From Octopus sinensis (taxonomy: Eukaryota), in contig NW_021832540.1 in assembly GCF_006345805.1 (NCBI RefSeq), forward strand, positions 1 to 52,510: 52,510 nt of DNA, given 5' to 3'. Below are positions 12,138 to 24,169 of the stretch, in pieces; position 1 is the stretch's first letter, and each line of letters opens with the position of its first letter. A program made the position numbers and the translations under genes. Below the pieces are notes generated by a model. The model was given only the letters and a program-made list of their open reading frames with translations. It did no database searches and was not told the DNA's origin.

Positions 12138-14305
12138 ATTGTATTGTATTGTATTGGCATCCTTTCTGTCTTGGGAGACAATGGAGTTGCGCATGTTTTT
12201 TTTGGTTTTTTTTTGTAGTCTAGTCCGGCTTTTATATTTCATGTCCTGATACATTTCCTGCTGTCGCTGTGTAGTCCTATCCTGGACAAACACTCCCTCT
12301 GGCAGGTACCGCAAATGTAGCGAAGACTGTTCCTGGCTGGTTGTAGTGCCATAGTCTCTTGTTTACGTCTCTTCCTTTCTTTCCATTTCTCCTCTCTCTC
12401 TCTCTGTCACTCTTTTGTATTCCCTCTTTTACTGTATGTCGCCATTCTCCATGGTTGCCGGCAACTGCCTCCCAACCGCTAATATTGATGTTGCAAGCCT
12501 TCATATCCCTTTTGCAAACATCCTTGTAACGTAAGATCGGTCTACCCACAGACCTAGTACCCCTAGCAAGCTCTCCGTAGAGTATGTCCTTGGGGATTCT
12601 GCCATCTTTCATACGGCTAACATGCCCAAACCATCTCATACGTCTTTGTGTGAGGAGTGCAAACATGCTTGGTATTCCTGCTTGCCTGAGGACATCTTTG
12701 TTGGGGATATGATTCTGCCATTTGATGCGGAGGATTTTTCGGAGGCAGCGCAGGTGAAAGATGTTTAGGCGACACTCTTGGCGTGTGTATAGCGTCCAGG
12801 TCTCGCTTCCATACAGTAGAGTGCTGAGTACACATGCCTGGTAGATCTTCATTTTCATGGTCTTGGTCAGCTTATTGTTGTCCCAAGCCCGTTTGAAGAG
12901 TTGAGCCATCGCAGCAGCTGCCTTGCCAATGTGTATATTGAGCTCAGCGTCAAGGGATAGGTTGTAGGTGACGGTAGAGCCCAGATAGGTAAACTTCTCC
13001 ACCTCTTGTAATCTGTGGTCTCCAATATGTATGTTTGGGATGTCCGATGTAGCCTGGCCCATGATGTTGGTCTTCTTAAGGCTGATAGCTAAACCAAAGT
13101 CGTTACATGCTTGCTCAAAACAGTTAATGAGCCTTTGGAGGGCTTCTTCTGTGTGTGTTACCAGAGCGGCATCATCAGCAAATAACATCTCCTTGATCAG
13201 GACTTTTCTGATTTTGGTCTTGGCACGCAGGCGCGAGAGATTGAACAGTTTCCCGTCACTTCTACTGTGCAGAAACACTCCATCATCTGATGTCTGAAAG
13301 GCATGTGAAAGTAAGAGTGAGAAGAAGATGCCAAACAATGTAGGAGCGAGGACACAGCCTTGCTTTACCCCGTTTTTTATTTGGAAGGCGGCTGATGTTG
13401 TACCGTTGTGCTGTATGGTACCTTGCATGTCATCATGGATAGACTTGATGATCCTCAGCAGCTTTGGTGGACATCCGATTTTTTTGAGCAGGAGGAAGAG
13501 GCCTGTTCTGCTTACCGAGTCAAAAGCCTTTGTTAGATCAATGAAGGCCATATATAATGGCATTTTCTGCTCTCTGGACTTCTCCTGAAGTTGGCGTATG
13601 GAGAATATCATATCGATAGTTGATCTGCTTCTTCTAAAGCCACACTGCAATTCCGGATAGATTCGAGAAGCAAGTAGTTGTAGCCTGGCCAGGATAACGC
13701 GGGCAAAAGTCTTTCCAACAGTGCTTAGAAGGGATATACCACGGTAATTGTTACAATCATCACGGTCACCTTTGTTTTTGTAAAGCGTAATGATGTTGGC
13801 ATCCCGCATATCCTGAGGAACTGTACCCTCTTCCCAGCACTGACACAGAAGCTCATGAAGGTGTCGAAGCAGGATGGTGTTTTTGCTGGCTTTGATGATC
13901 TCTGAGGGGATGCCGTCTTTTCCCGGAGCCTTATTTCTTGCTAGGGAGTCAACAGCCTTGGTGAGCTCTGCTATAGATGGCGGACTGTCAAGTTCGCACA
14001 TGACTGGCAAGATCTTGACACTCTCGACTGCAGCCTCAGCCACTGTGATCTCGCGTGAGTAGAGATCCTGGTAGTGCTCCACCCATCTATCCATTTGCTT
14101 GCCTTGATCCCTGATGAGATCTCCAGTAGTTGATTTCAGAGGGGCTGACTTGGTTGCGGATGGACCGAGGGCCTTCTTCAAACCGGCATACATCCCACGG
14201 GTGTCGCCCCTGTCAGCAGCTGACTGGATACTCTGACAGATTTCCTGCCAATACCTATTTGCACAGTGTCTGGCTGTCAGTTGGGTTTTATTTCGTGCCT
14301 TTCTG
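12138..14305 (-). mobile_element. Young 5'-truncated RTE (BovB-like) LINE with (TACAA)n tail
   Basis: Open ORF 12277-14391 with all RT motifs: YRGISLLSTVGK, QCGFRRSRSTIDMIF, FIDLTKAFD, GVKQGCVLAPTLF, LFADD, FTYLGS. No APE domain. Frameshift near 12350 before the C-terminal Zn motif. Tail (tacaa)n at about 12138-12155. GC content is higher than the flanks. Confidence 0.95.
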
Positions 14306-14391
14306 AGTATATATATATAAGCAATAATAAATCTCTGAACGAGATGAAAACAGTAAGCGCTCGACAACGTAAAGTATACTAGCCATCTCAA
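12277..14391 (-). CDS. RTE reverse transcriptase ORF (704 aa; the first about 28 residues come from flanking DNA)
   Basis: ORF track plus RT motifs. The N-terminal MRWLVYFTL...YIYIL is read from the neighbouring element and TA run, not from the LINE. Confidence 0.85.
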   Translation of the reverse strand: MRWLVYFTLSSAYCFHLVQRFIIAYIYILRKARNKTQLTARHCANRYWQEICQSIQSAADRGDTRGMYAGLKKALGPSATKSAPLKSTTGDLIRDQGKQMDRWVEHYQDLYSREITVAEAAVESVKILPVMCELDSPPSIAELTKAVDSLARNKAPGKDGIPSEIIKASKNTILLRHLHELLCQCWEEGTVPQDMRDANIITLYKNKGDRDDCNNYRGISLLSTVGKTFARVILARLQLLASRIYPELQCGFRRSRSTIDMIFSIRQLQEKSREQKMPLYMAFIDLTKAFDSVSRTGLFLLLKKIGCPPKLLRIIKSIHDDMQGTIQHNGTTSAAFQIKNGVKQGCVLAPTLFGIFFSLLLSHAFQTSDDGVFLHSRSDGKLFNLSRLRAKTKIRKVLIKEMLFADDAALVTHTEEALQRLINCFEQACNDFGLAISLKKTNIMGQATSDIPNIHIGDHRLQEVEKFTYLGSTVTYNLSLDAELNIHIGKAAAAMAQLFKRAWDNNKLTKTMKMKIYQACVLSTLLYGSETWTLYTRQECRLNIFHLRCLRKILRIKWQNHIPNKDVLRQAGIPSMFALLTQRRMRWFGHVSRMKDGRIPKDILYGELARGTRSVGRPILRYKDVCKRDMKACNINISGWEAVAGNHGEWRHTVKEGIQKSDRERERRNGKKGRDVNKRLWHYNQPGTVFATFAVPARGSVCPG

Positions 14392-14712
14392 TATGGCTAA
14401 CCACTAGGTGTGGGCGTTACTGTAGCTTTTTAACCCCAGGAGATCATCGTCTCCAGCTGGCTTTAGACACAATTTCTGTGCCCTTATGATACTTGCAAAG
14501 GGAAGTCATCCCCTCTCATAAACCTAAGTGATACACATGGACTGCACATTCGAGATTATTGTCTCTTGTCAACACACGGTAATCACCGGTTTTCGATAAG
14601 GAGAGACCTGTTTGCGAATATCTATTTAATGTTTTCCCAGTAACCACTGTCACTGATTTCGAAAAACGGTCTGAAAGCAATAATAAATCTCTGAACGAGA
14701 TTTTAGACACAA
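14319..14712. mobile_element. Unclassified non-coding element, 356-bp period, bounded by 27-bp direct repeats
   Basis: aagcaataataaatctctgaacgagat occurs at 14319-14345 and 14675-14701. Internal hairpin tagccat/atggcta. A diverged relative of the core lies at about 44790-44855. Confidence 0.55.
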
Positions 14713-15485
14713 ATTAAAAATTCAATATACCAGTGTAAAATTACTACTGGTAATGAAGTATTTTTTTAAATAGGAAGCACATCTTCTCAGTTATCTAAAA
14801 GAATTTCTAATCATTACTCTACTTTTAGGGATAGGAATAAACATAACAGTACAGGGCTTAGTAAATTAATTTGAGATCTAATAGACCACAGTAAACAATT
14901 TAATTTAGATTGGTTGATTCTCTCAATCTTGATACCTTATGACAAATGCAAGGAATTCTATCTTCTCTGTAATTCTGAACTATTTTTTATTCTTTTTTCT
15001 AAAAATCCCCTTGTAAACACGATTATAGAGCATGTGTACTGATGTAAACATTGGCAGAAATACACCTTTAGTTCATATAAGTGATATCTATCATTATATA
15101 TAATTTAAACATTAAATTTCTTCCATTTCAAATTCACTAGATATATCTTTTCCAAGTCTATATAGTTTTATTTAATATACATATAGTTATATACTTCTCA
15201 TTTATTTGGTTTTTCTTTCCTTTATCTCTCCTCTTTCTATAGGCTACCTTTGACGTTATATCCTATAACGTTTTTTTGAAACAAACTTTATAGCATTCAG
15301 TTAATCACTATACATATCCATCATTTTCTGTTAAAATGTCTTATTGATGAGTTTCATTTCTTCATTTCGCTGAAGAGAAGATTACATTGTTTTACACCAT
15401 TTTATTCCTTTGGAATAAAACCAGTGATGTCTTCGAAACGTGTCGGAAGTAAAAGAATTTGAATAACACCTGTGTTTAACTCCAT
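14712..15485 (+). mobile_element. Decayed 5'-truncated PLE (GIY-YIG plus 3' UTR), same family as 50012-51535
   Basis: KIKNSIYQCKI...IGSTSSQLSKRISNHYSTFRD...STGLSKL...CNSELFFILFSKNPLVNT...CKHWQKYTFSSYK* is colinear with ORF 50546-50935 but carries stops and a frameshift. Confidence 0.85.
15360..15457 (+). ncRNA. Type I hammerhead ribozyme in the PLE 3' UTR (partly decayed)
   Basis: CTGAAGA at 15370-15376; stem II GAAGAT..CATTG/CAGTG..GTCTTC with inner hairpin TTTATTCC/GGAATAAA; GAAAC at 15435; GTC at 15442-15444. The first stem I pair is a G-G mismatch. Confidence 0.7.
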
Positions 15486-15487
15486 TT

Positions 15488-15740
<253 letters not shown>

Positions 15741-16880
15741 CATCATCATCATCATCATCGTTTAACGTCCGTTTTCCGCGCTAGCACGGGTTGGACGGTT
15801 CGACCGGGGTCTGGGGAGCCAGGGGCTGCCCCAGGCTCCAGTCTGATCTGGCAGTGTTTCTACAGCTGGATGCCCTTCCTAACGCCAACCACTCCGCGAG
15901 TGTAGTGGGTGCTTTTTACGTGCCACCTGCACAGGTGCCAGAAGGGTCTGGCATCAGCCACGATCGGTTGGTGCTTATTTATCTGCCACCGGCACAGAAG
16001 CCAGGGGAGGCTGCACTGGCAACGGCCACGTTCGGATGGTGCTTTTTATGTGTCACCGGCACAGGTGTTTCCATTGATATTTGGTTCGATGTTCATGTAC
16101 ATGTACTTGACTCAACAGGTCTCCTCAAGCACAGCGAGATGTTCCGGGATCCCACGATCGGATGGTGCTTTTTATGTGCCACCTGCACAGAAGCCAGTCG
16201 AGGCAGTGCTGGCGTCGGCCACGCTCTGATGGTGCATTTTATGTGCCACCGGCACAGAAGCCAGTCGGGGCGGTGCTGGCATCGGCCACGTTCGGATGGT
16301 GCTGGCATCGGCCACGTTCGGATGGTACTTTTTATGTGCCACCGGCACAGGTATCACAACTACTGTTTCCATTGATATTTGGTTCGATTCTCATGTACAT
16401 GCACTTGACTCAACAGGTCTCCTCAAGCACAGCGAGATGTTCCGGGATCCCACGATCGGTTGGTGCATTTTATGTGCCACCGGCACAGAAGCCAGTCGAG
16501 GCGGTGCTGGCGTCGGCCATGGTCGGATGGTGCTTTTTATGTGCCACCGGCACAGAAGCCAGTGGAGGCTGCACTGGCAACGGTCACGTTCGGATGGTGC
16601 TTTTTATGTGTCACCGGCACAGGTATCACAGCTACTCTTTCCATTGATATTTGGTTCGATGTTCATGTACATGCAATTGACTCAACAGGTCTCCTCAAGC
16701 ACAGCGAGATGTTCCGGGATCCCACGATCGGTTGGTGCCTTTTTATGTACCACCGGCACAGAAGCCAGTCAAGGTGGAGCTGGCATCGGCCACATTCGGA
16801 TGGTGCTTTTTATGTGCCACCGGCACAGAAGCCAGTCAAGGCGGTGCTGGCATCGGCCACTTTCGGATGGTGCTTTTTAT
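15741..16880 (-). repeat. RTE 3'-tail repeat carrying a GC-rich minisatellite with a 270-300-bp higher-order unit
   Basis: (CAT)n-headed tail at 15741-15900, then repeated ggatggtgctttttatgtgccaccggcacag modules. The block ccattgatatttggttcgat...gggatcccacgatcgg recurs at 16071, 16369 and 16641. Confidence 0.9.
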
Positions 16881-16919
16881 GTGCTTTTATATATATATGG
16901 TGCTTTTATATATATGGTG

Positions 16920-16968
<49 letters not shown>

Positions 16969-17199
16969 GTGTGTGTGTGTGTGTATTAGGGATACAACCT
17001 TTTTGCAACTCCATTGACCCGTATCATATTCTTGCTTGAAGATGTATTATTGTATGCTGCTGATGACAAAAATTGCTATCATTTTTTATAGAGATTAATA
17101 ATAATGAAGTTACAAGTATTTAAATTTATGAGATTTTAGCCATTCAAAGACATCCACATGCTGGCAGATCTTATGTAAAGATTTTTCTATCCATGAAGT

Positions 17200-19110
17200 G
17201 TGGTGTCGTTGAGTTAGCCTACTCGGGATTACTGCAGTGCAACCGTACAAGAATGCCTCTAGAAAAGTTAGGGCAAACTTTGGACACCATTCTTTTCCTT
17301 GACTGACTTACCAAGGCCATTGGTAACCCATTACAGTGGAAGCAAAAGCAAAAAAGAAAAACTTGCTTTTTTGTGAGAAGTTGGAATGTGCGTACACTCC
17401 TGGCTCTGGATGACACAGACAGACCCAAACAGTGCACTGCTTGTTTGAGCGGAGAACTGAATCCTTACAGTGTGGACATCACAAACCTACCCGAAACAAG
17501 ACTCACTGGCAGTCTTTGTGAAGAAGGAAGGGTTTACACCTTTTTCTGTAAAGGTAGAAATCTTACGGAGCAGTGAATCCTCGGTCATGGTTTTGTGAAG
17601 AATTCCGTAGTGAACAGACACAATCCGTCTCCCACCTCTATCATTGAGTGCCTCAAGAACAATCGTCTTGCGTTAATCTTTGTTACTGCTGCTACCCTTG
17701 ATTCTAGGTATGAGATCAAAGATTTGTAATACTCTAATCTCAACAGGACAAGCCAAGAGAGATTTTAATGCCAGGGTCGATGAACTAATGAACACTGGAC
17801 GGGAATTCTGGGAAAACAGGATGTGGGAAACTGAAACTCAAACATACCGCTGTGCATTGGCTTATGCGCTGAGAATGAGCTTATGGTTATTTACATTTTC
17901 CCAACCAGCAAAAGACCACGTAAGAGCATCCAAGATAAAAGTGCTGGCACAACCTGGACTACTTTCTCACTTGATCCTGTGATGAGAGCAACGTACCAAT
18001 GAACCACAGCCTCCCTGCCACAGAGGACTGCTGGAGGGATCATTGACTGCACAGGTTTTAGTTGCGAAACCTTCCATATCGCAATGTATCTACAAAGATA
18101 GAGTGGACACTTTGATGGTTTTGTTTCTAAACTGAAGACCTACGATGTTGGGGCGATTACTCATCACACCTCATGGAACTTTCTGAAGAAGGTACCCCAC
18201 CATTATCATTGACGGGCAGTGGACAGTGTGGAGGTATATTGGTTTGATTTAGGCAAAACGATCACCAAAGCTCCTGGGGGAATAACTGGCTTTTACAAAC
18301 ACGCTCATTAAGACTGGTTTGACCAAAATGACGACCATATTGCCAAGCTGATCGATCAGAAGAGAGAATTTCGTCTGGTATAGGATTTCCCAATGTGAAC
18401 CCACTTGCGATGCTTCTGGTAGGCCAAGCAGCAATGCCAGTGCAGGATCCATGAACTCCAAAATCTCTGGTGGCTAGCAAAAGCAGGGGAGATACAGTTG
18501 TTCGCAGACAGTAAAGACCCTAGGCAGGCGTTTCTATGCTGGGAAAAGGGGAATCGTTGGTTCTCCTAGTAGAGTAAACAATACACTCATATCCACCGCC
18601 AGATTAACCCCTTTGATGGACAATCAAGACACACTTGAAACATGGAAGGAATACTCTTGTCAAACGGCCATCTACTGCAATGATTGACCTCCTCTGAAGT
18701 ATCCCCTAGTATCCTATCTGAGACTGGATGTTACTCCCTCTAAATTATCTTGTGCTGGAAAAGGCTCTAAAACGCATGAAGAAATGGGGAGCACCTGGTC
18801 ATGACAACATAGTTCTGAAGCTCCTGCCTTATGGTTGTCAAACTGTGAAGATCAAGTTGTATAGGTTTATCCAACGCATGTGGGAAGCAGCAGTAGTTCC
18901 TGGAGACCTTAACAATGTGACTATCATCACAGTCTTCAACAGAGGTGACTGAGCAATCTGTGAATACAGTTACAGCATCTCTCTTCTCAGCATCTTTGGG
19001 AAGATCTTCATGAGAATCTTGCTAGAGAGATTAGTGGTCATCGCCGAGGAAGTTCTGGAGTTGTATTGCGGCTTTGTTGAGTCATATTCATTGCACACTG
19101 ATTCTAATCA
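17200..19110 (+). mobile_element. Decayed RTE LINE, 5' half (APE and RT start)
   Basis: SWNVRTLL...RPKQCTA...EL..YSVDI..LPETRLTGSL.EEG..YTFF (ORF 17373-17576); later GAPGHDNI...VVPGDLNNVTIITVFNRGD (ORF 18728-18952). Confidence 0.85.
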
Positions 19111-19622
19111 GAATCAGAAACTGGATCCGATGTGAAACAAGTGACTAAGATGATTGATAGTATTTGAGAAGAGACGGAACATTGCCAAATTGATGTTTTA
19201 TTTACTTTTGATAACTAAGGAAACCGAGCAATGTAGAATAAAATGTTTTTCCTTAGAAACTATGAAATACCGGCAGAAGAATTGAACCAATTCTCTATGA
19301 TCAGATAATTTAACTCTTTATTCACTCAGACACTTTTGCTATTAAAATTCAAGTAAAACAGAAAATAATACACGAAACTGAAAAACCTTGAATGTATTAC
19401 TTCCCTTATCACAAAATTAGCATTGTATCATAAATGGAAATCATATGGGCCTTTTTTTTTAATCCTTTGATGTAAGCTAATGTTTTAAGTTTACCCTACA
19501 ATGAATATTGAAATTCTAAGAATCAATACTATAATGTTAAAAATCATTATTTAATATTAGTATAGAACAAGAATATACTTGGAAGTTTAAAAATAAGGAA
19601 AATAACTTAAACAGAAATTTAC

Positions 19623-19777
19623 CTCTTCATTCACAAGGGATTCCTTGTTTTGTACACAGTTCCATGATGCAATACCTATTGTTACCACTTTCTTCTTGCC
19701 AGCTTCATTATCATGTATAGCCTTCCCAATATGCTTTGCAACTCCAGTATGTAAGCCATCACTTATGATCCAGGCAT
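19623..19777 (-). CDS. TRPM: TRPM channel exon C (155 nt): (D)AWIISDGLHTGVAKHIGKAIHDNEAGKKKVVTIGIASWNCVQNKESLVNEE
   Basis: Acceptor tcttgttttgcag| and donor GAG|gtaaat. Matches TRPM GAWIITGG.HTGVMKHVGEAVRD...VVAIGIA.WG.V.NRE.L. Same intron positions as I recall for vertebrate TRPM2. Confidence 0.95.
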
Positions 19778-21766
19778 CTGCAAAACAAGAGAACAATAAT
19801 TATATTCAAACATTGATTGCTTATTCTAAATGATTGTAGATTTTTGGACAAAATAATTTCTGGTATTTAGTTATATTCCTTCACATTCAGACTTCAAATC
19901 ACACAAAAGGAGTGAATTTTCTTTTTGTACATGTAAGGTTAATGGGAAATTCACCAGTAATTAACTTAGGTTGATTTAATTATTGACATAGTTCTCATTA
20001 TGGAAGCCTTGATTTACTGTGTTGAATCAATCCAGGACTCTCCTATTGATTTTTTAAAATCAATTCTTGACAAGATAATAAGCAAAATAAAATTTCACCC
20101 CTGATAGAATTTGAACTCGTAACCAAAAGCTAAATACTACAATAGATTTAGTCCAGCATTTTTCAGTTACAGTCGTCTGCTCCCAGTATATTGCTATTGA
20201 TTCCATATTGCTAACTGGAAATGTGTTGTGTGTTAGAGAGAAAGATTAAAGTCTTACATGAAAGTGTGGCATGGTTTCACTTATTGGCCCAAGTCTAGTA
20301 ATGCTATGGAATAATATATGAATATCACTCTTTCCGTTTCCCAATACCTCACGTAACCTCTACATGGTCATTTGACCTTCAGAAAACAACAATTATATCT
20401 CCTCCATCAAATTATACCCTACTGCCTTAGAAAATGACTGAACACATTGGATAAAGTTGTCTGACGAACCTGTATAAGGTGGGATGGTCATTGCAGCAAT
20501 GATTTTGAGCATGAATCTGTTCAATTAAGCTGGACTTTGGTTTAAATCACAAACACTTAAACTATAAAATCTTTATAACAAGTCAAAATAAATTATTATT
20601 ACAAAAAAGAGATAAAATTGCAGCAAGGAATATATTTGTAAGTCATTCAAGAACACAAAAACCGTTAGTTTCACTTCAACATTTAATTTTCATTTGTGTC
20701 AAGATATTTTCATTGCTTTCAAACAGTGACCTGTTCACTGAAAAGACTTGGTGCTGAATCTGAGGGAAAAGCAGTTTTTTAGTAATACATGTGTGTTTTA
20801 TTTCAAGATTTCTTGCCAATAAAGAAAGAGCCAGTCTCCATCCTAGATCCAAGGCTCCTTCACTGGAATTTCATCATCAACAACTGTATGTATATATGCA
20901 GATTTTTGCTTTATGTATATATTCTCATGCATATTGTTGCATATCTAAACATGCTCATATATATTTAAATGATACACTTCTGGAAAGTTTTATAGATTTT
21001 TACAGTTCCAGTGATGGATTGGATCTGTAGTTTCAGTATTAGCTTTCTCCTTTCTGGATTTGAGAAGCCTAATTTCTCAAGATTGGTATTTAGGCAGTGT
21101 ATTGCATATCCCAGAGCCCCAATAACTACAGGTACAAACCTGAACTTGTAATCTGGATAGAGTAACTACAAATTTCTCAATAGGTCGGCGTAGGTATTCT
21201 CTTATTCACTGATCCTCGGCTTTATGTTAACATCTACTGGGCAGGTAATTCTCACAACTGTACTCAGTATGTATATATGTATGTATGCATATACGTGTGC
21301 ATGGATGTATGCATATATCTATATGTTTTGCACATGCATATATGCATTTACGCTTGTATGTATGTATGTGAGCATTTACGTAAGTGTATAAACATGTCTG
21401 TGTGTGTGTATATGTGTATGTACATGTAAAGGAATGTTTATGTACTGATATGTATGTCTGTTCAAGTTGTATATATAACTGTTACTCTGTTGAAGGTTGT
21501 AGATATATATTTTCCTTTTACCACCGTCTAAGGGTGAATAGATACAATGTCTTAGATACATACATGCAAATATAAACATACTTATGCTTATTTACAAGCA
21601 CACACAATAAACATGTATACACACACATATCACACATATATACGTATAATCTTACAATATGCACTTATACACGTTTATCCACCTAGACATATATGTCTCT
21701 AGTTTCACAGACAACGGCTAAACCCAAATATATATATATATATATATATAATATATATATATATTC

Positions 21767-22962
21767 AACAATTGAGGGCAAAATTAATTAATTATAATCA
21801 ATTTCACCAAGTGTTCAGTATGCAAAGGGACCATTCAAGGCGAATTCAAATTATTACATTATATAAAAGGGCTTAGTAAAATAAATTACTTTGCCGCATA
21901 CTGAACTCATTAGAAATAGCAGCTAAAAAACTTTTTTAAGGCTATTTCTAATACTTAAAGAAAATCTCTCTCATATATAGTGTTTGCTTAATTCAACTCA
22001 CAAAAGTTGGGGGTAAGGACATCGAAAAATCAAATGCTAAGGTTATTCGAGAACGTACGTTCAAGATTAGTCAAAACAACATTTCTATCATCGGCTCAGA
22101 AATTCCTTGGTTTGGATTTGGAAACACTGAAAATAAGAACATACCCTTTCGAAGATCTGCTCCCAACTAACAGTGCCAACAAATTCAAAATAAGCAAGCG
22201 AAGAATCTTTGTTCTCCCCTTTCCACCAGCGTGGGTTGAAATCATCAAACACTATGCTTATTTCGGTAAAATCGAAGTATTAATCAGAGGGAGATTAATT
22301 ATAATTTCAACAATTGAGGGCAAAATTAATTAATTATTAATCAATTCACCAAGTGTTCAGTATGCAAAGGACCATTCAAGGCGAATTCAAATTATTACAT
22401 TATATAAAAGGGCTTAGTAAAATAAATTACTTTGCCGCATACTGAACTCATTAGAAATAGCAGCTAAAAAACTTTTTTAAGGCTATTTCTAATACTTAAA
22501 GAAAATCTCTCTCATATATAGTGTTTGCTTAATTCAACTCACAAAAGTTGGGGGTAAGGACATCGAAAAATCAAATGCTAAGGTTATTCGAGAACGTACG
22601 TTTCAAGATTAGTCAAAACAACATTTCTATCATCGGCTCAGAAATTCCTTGGTTTGGATTTGGAAACACTGAAAATAAGAACATACCCTTTCGAAGATCT
22701 GCTCCCAACTAACAGTGCCAACAAATTCAAAATAAGCAAGCGAAGAATCTTTGTTCTCCCCTTTCCACCAGCGTGGGTTGAAATCATCAAACACTATGCT
22801 TATTTCGGTAAAATCCGAAGTATTAATCAGAGGGAGATTAATTATAATTTCAACAATTGAGGGCAAAATTAATTAATTATTAATCAATTTCACCAAGTGT
22901 TCAGTATGCAAAGGGACCATTCAAGGCGAATTCAAATTATTACATTATATAAAAGGGCTTAG
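21767..22962 (-). repeat. Tandem array of about 544-bp units (2 complete plus 1 partial), near-identical
   Basis: caattgagggcaaaattaatt recurs at about 21770, 22311 and 22854. The units differ only by 1-bp indels. Flanked by (TA)n. Confidence 0.95.
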
Positions 22963-23080
22963 AGATTTTCTTTAAAAGAGATTTTCTTTAAGTATTAGAA
23001 ATAGCCTTAAAAAAGTTTTTTAGCTGCTATTTCTAATGAGTTCAGTATGCGGCAAAGTAATTTATTTTACTAAGCCCTTT

Positions 23081-23085
<5 letters not shown>
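22963..23085 (+). repeat. Inverted fragment of the 544-bp unit abutting the array
   Basis: gagattttctttaagtattag...cccttttatataat is the reverse complement of about 21858-21970. Confidence 0.9.
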
Positions 23086-23132
<47 letters not shown>

Positions 23133-24169
23133 TATTATATATATAATATATATATTATATATATATATGTATGTATTTACATAGACTTATCTACTACAAG
23201 TTGCTGTGCAGACTGAACAAAGAATACTACAAGCCGAAGATGTTGGAAAATTATTACTGCTATCCTAAGTGGTAATGCCTTCGTCGGTACAACAAATACA
23301 CAAATATTATTTGGATGGGTGTTGAGTCTTCAGAGTTCATCCACCCCAAGAAAAGTTTTGTTTTTCGTCCTGCAGGAGATCCAAATAACAAGCAAAAAAG
23401 AGCCTCCTCACAGAGTGCGCTCTGGGGGTGTTGCCGGTTTAGTCGAGAATGGCCCAACTTTGTGGAAGTTGATCACCATTCAGTCATTCGGATATGATTT
23501 GATTTCACTATTTCAGTCTTGGTGGTGGCGGAGAGGTGAATGTCACGTGTCTGAATCAATTAAGTACAAGAGTGATGAGTGAAGAAGAGGAAGTAAAGGG
23601 AAGATAGAGAAATGAGAGAGGAAAGAAAATGTACTTCCTAGTGTGACTGTACACAAGAGATGGTGGTGGAAGTGGTGAATTCAGAGGGTGAGTGCATTGG
23701 TCACGAGAGAAGGTGGGAAAGTCTGTTACTAAGTGAGGAAGCAAAAGAGCAACACATATATCGATGAGAGAGAGAGAGAAAGAACGTGAGAAATGTAGTG
23801 ATGTAGGTAGTTAAATATTTTGGGATTAATACACAACGATCTTCAAAAAAACAAAAAAAAACCTATATTGTTATGATTAAAAAATAGCTCACTTTCCGTT
23901 AAAATAGGAATTTAGAGTTAGTTTCATACATGCTGTTAGGGAAATGAAGGTGAATTGTATGATTAGAGGAAGTGTGGTGCAGTTTATAGTATTGTATGAT
24001 CACAAAATCATCAAAAGTATCAGAAAGAGAGGGATGGGGGGGAAAAAGAGAAGATAGGGAGGGAGGGAGGGATCAAAAGATAGTGATACAGGAAGTTAAG
24101 GATTTTGGGTTTAACAAAATGTTCTTTCGATAAAAACTATGATAATCATTATCATTATTATTATTTGAT

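Noticed and set aside
15791-17039. Long overlapping ORFs of 160-250 aa here and at 38865-39534
   Set aside because: They are open only because the GC-rich minisatellite lacks stops in several frames. There is no domain signal or splice context.
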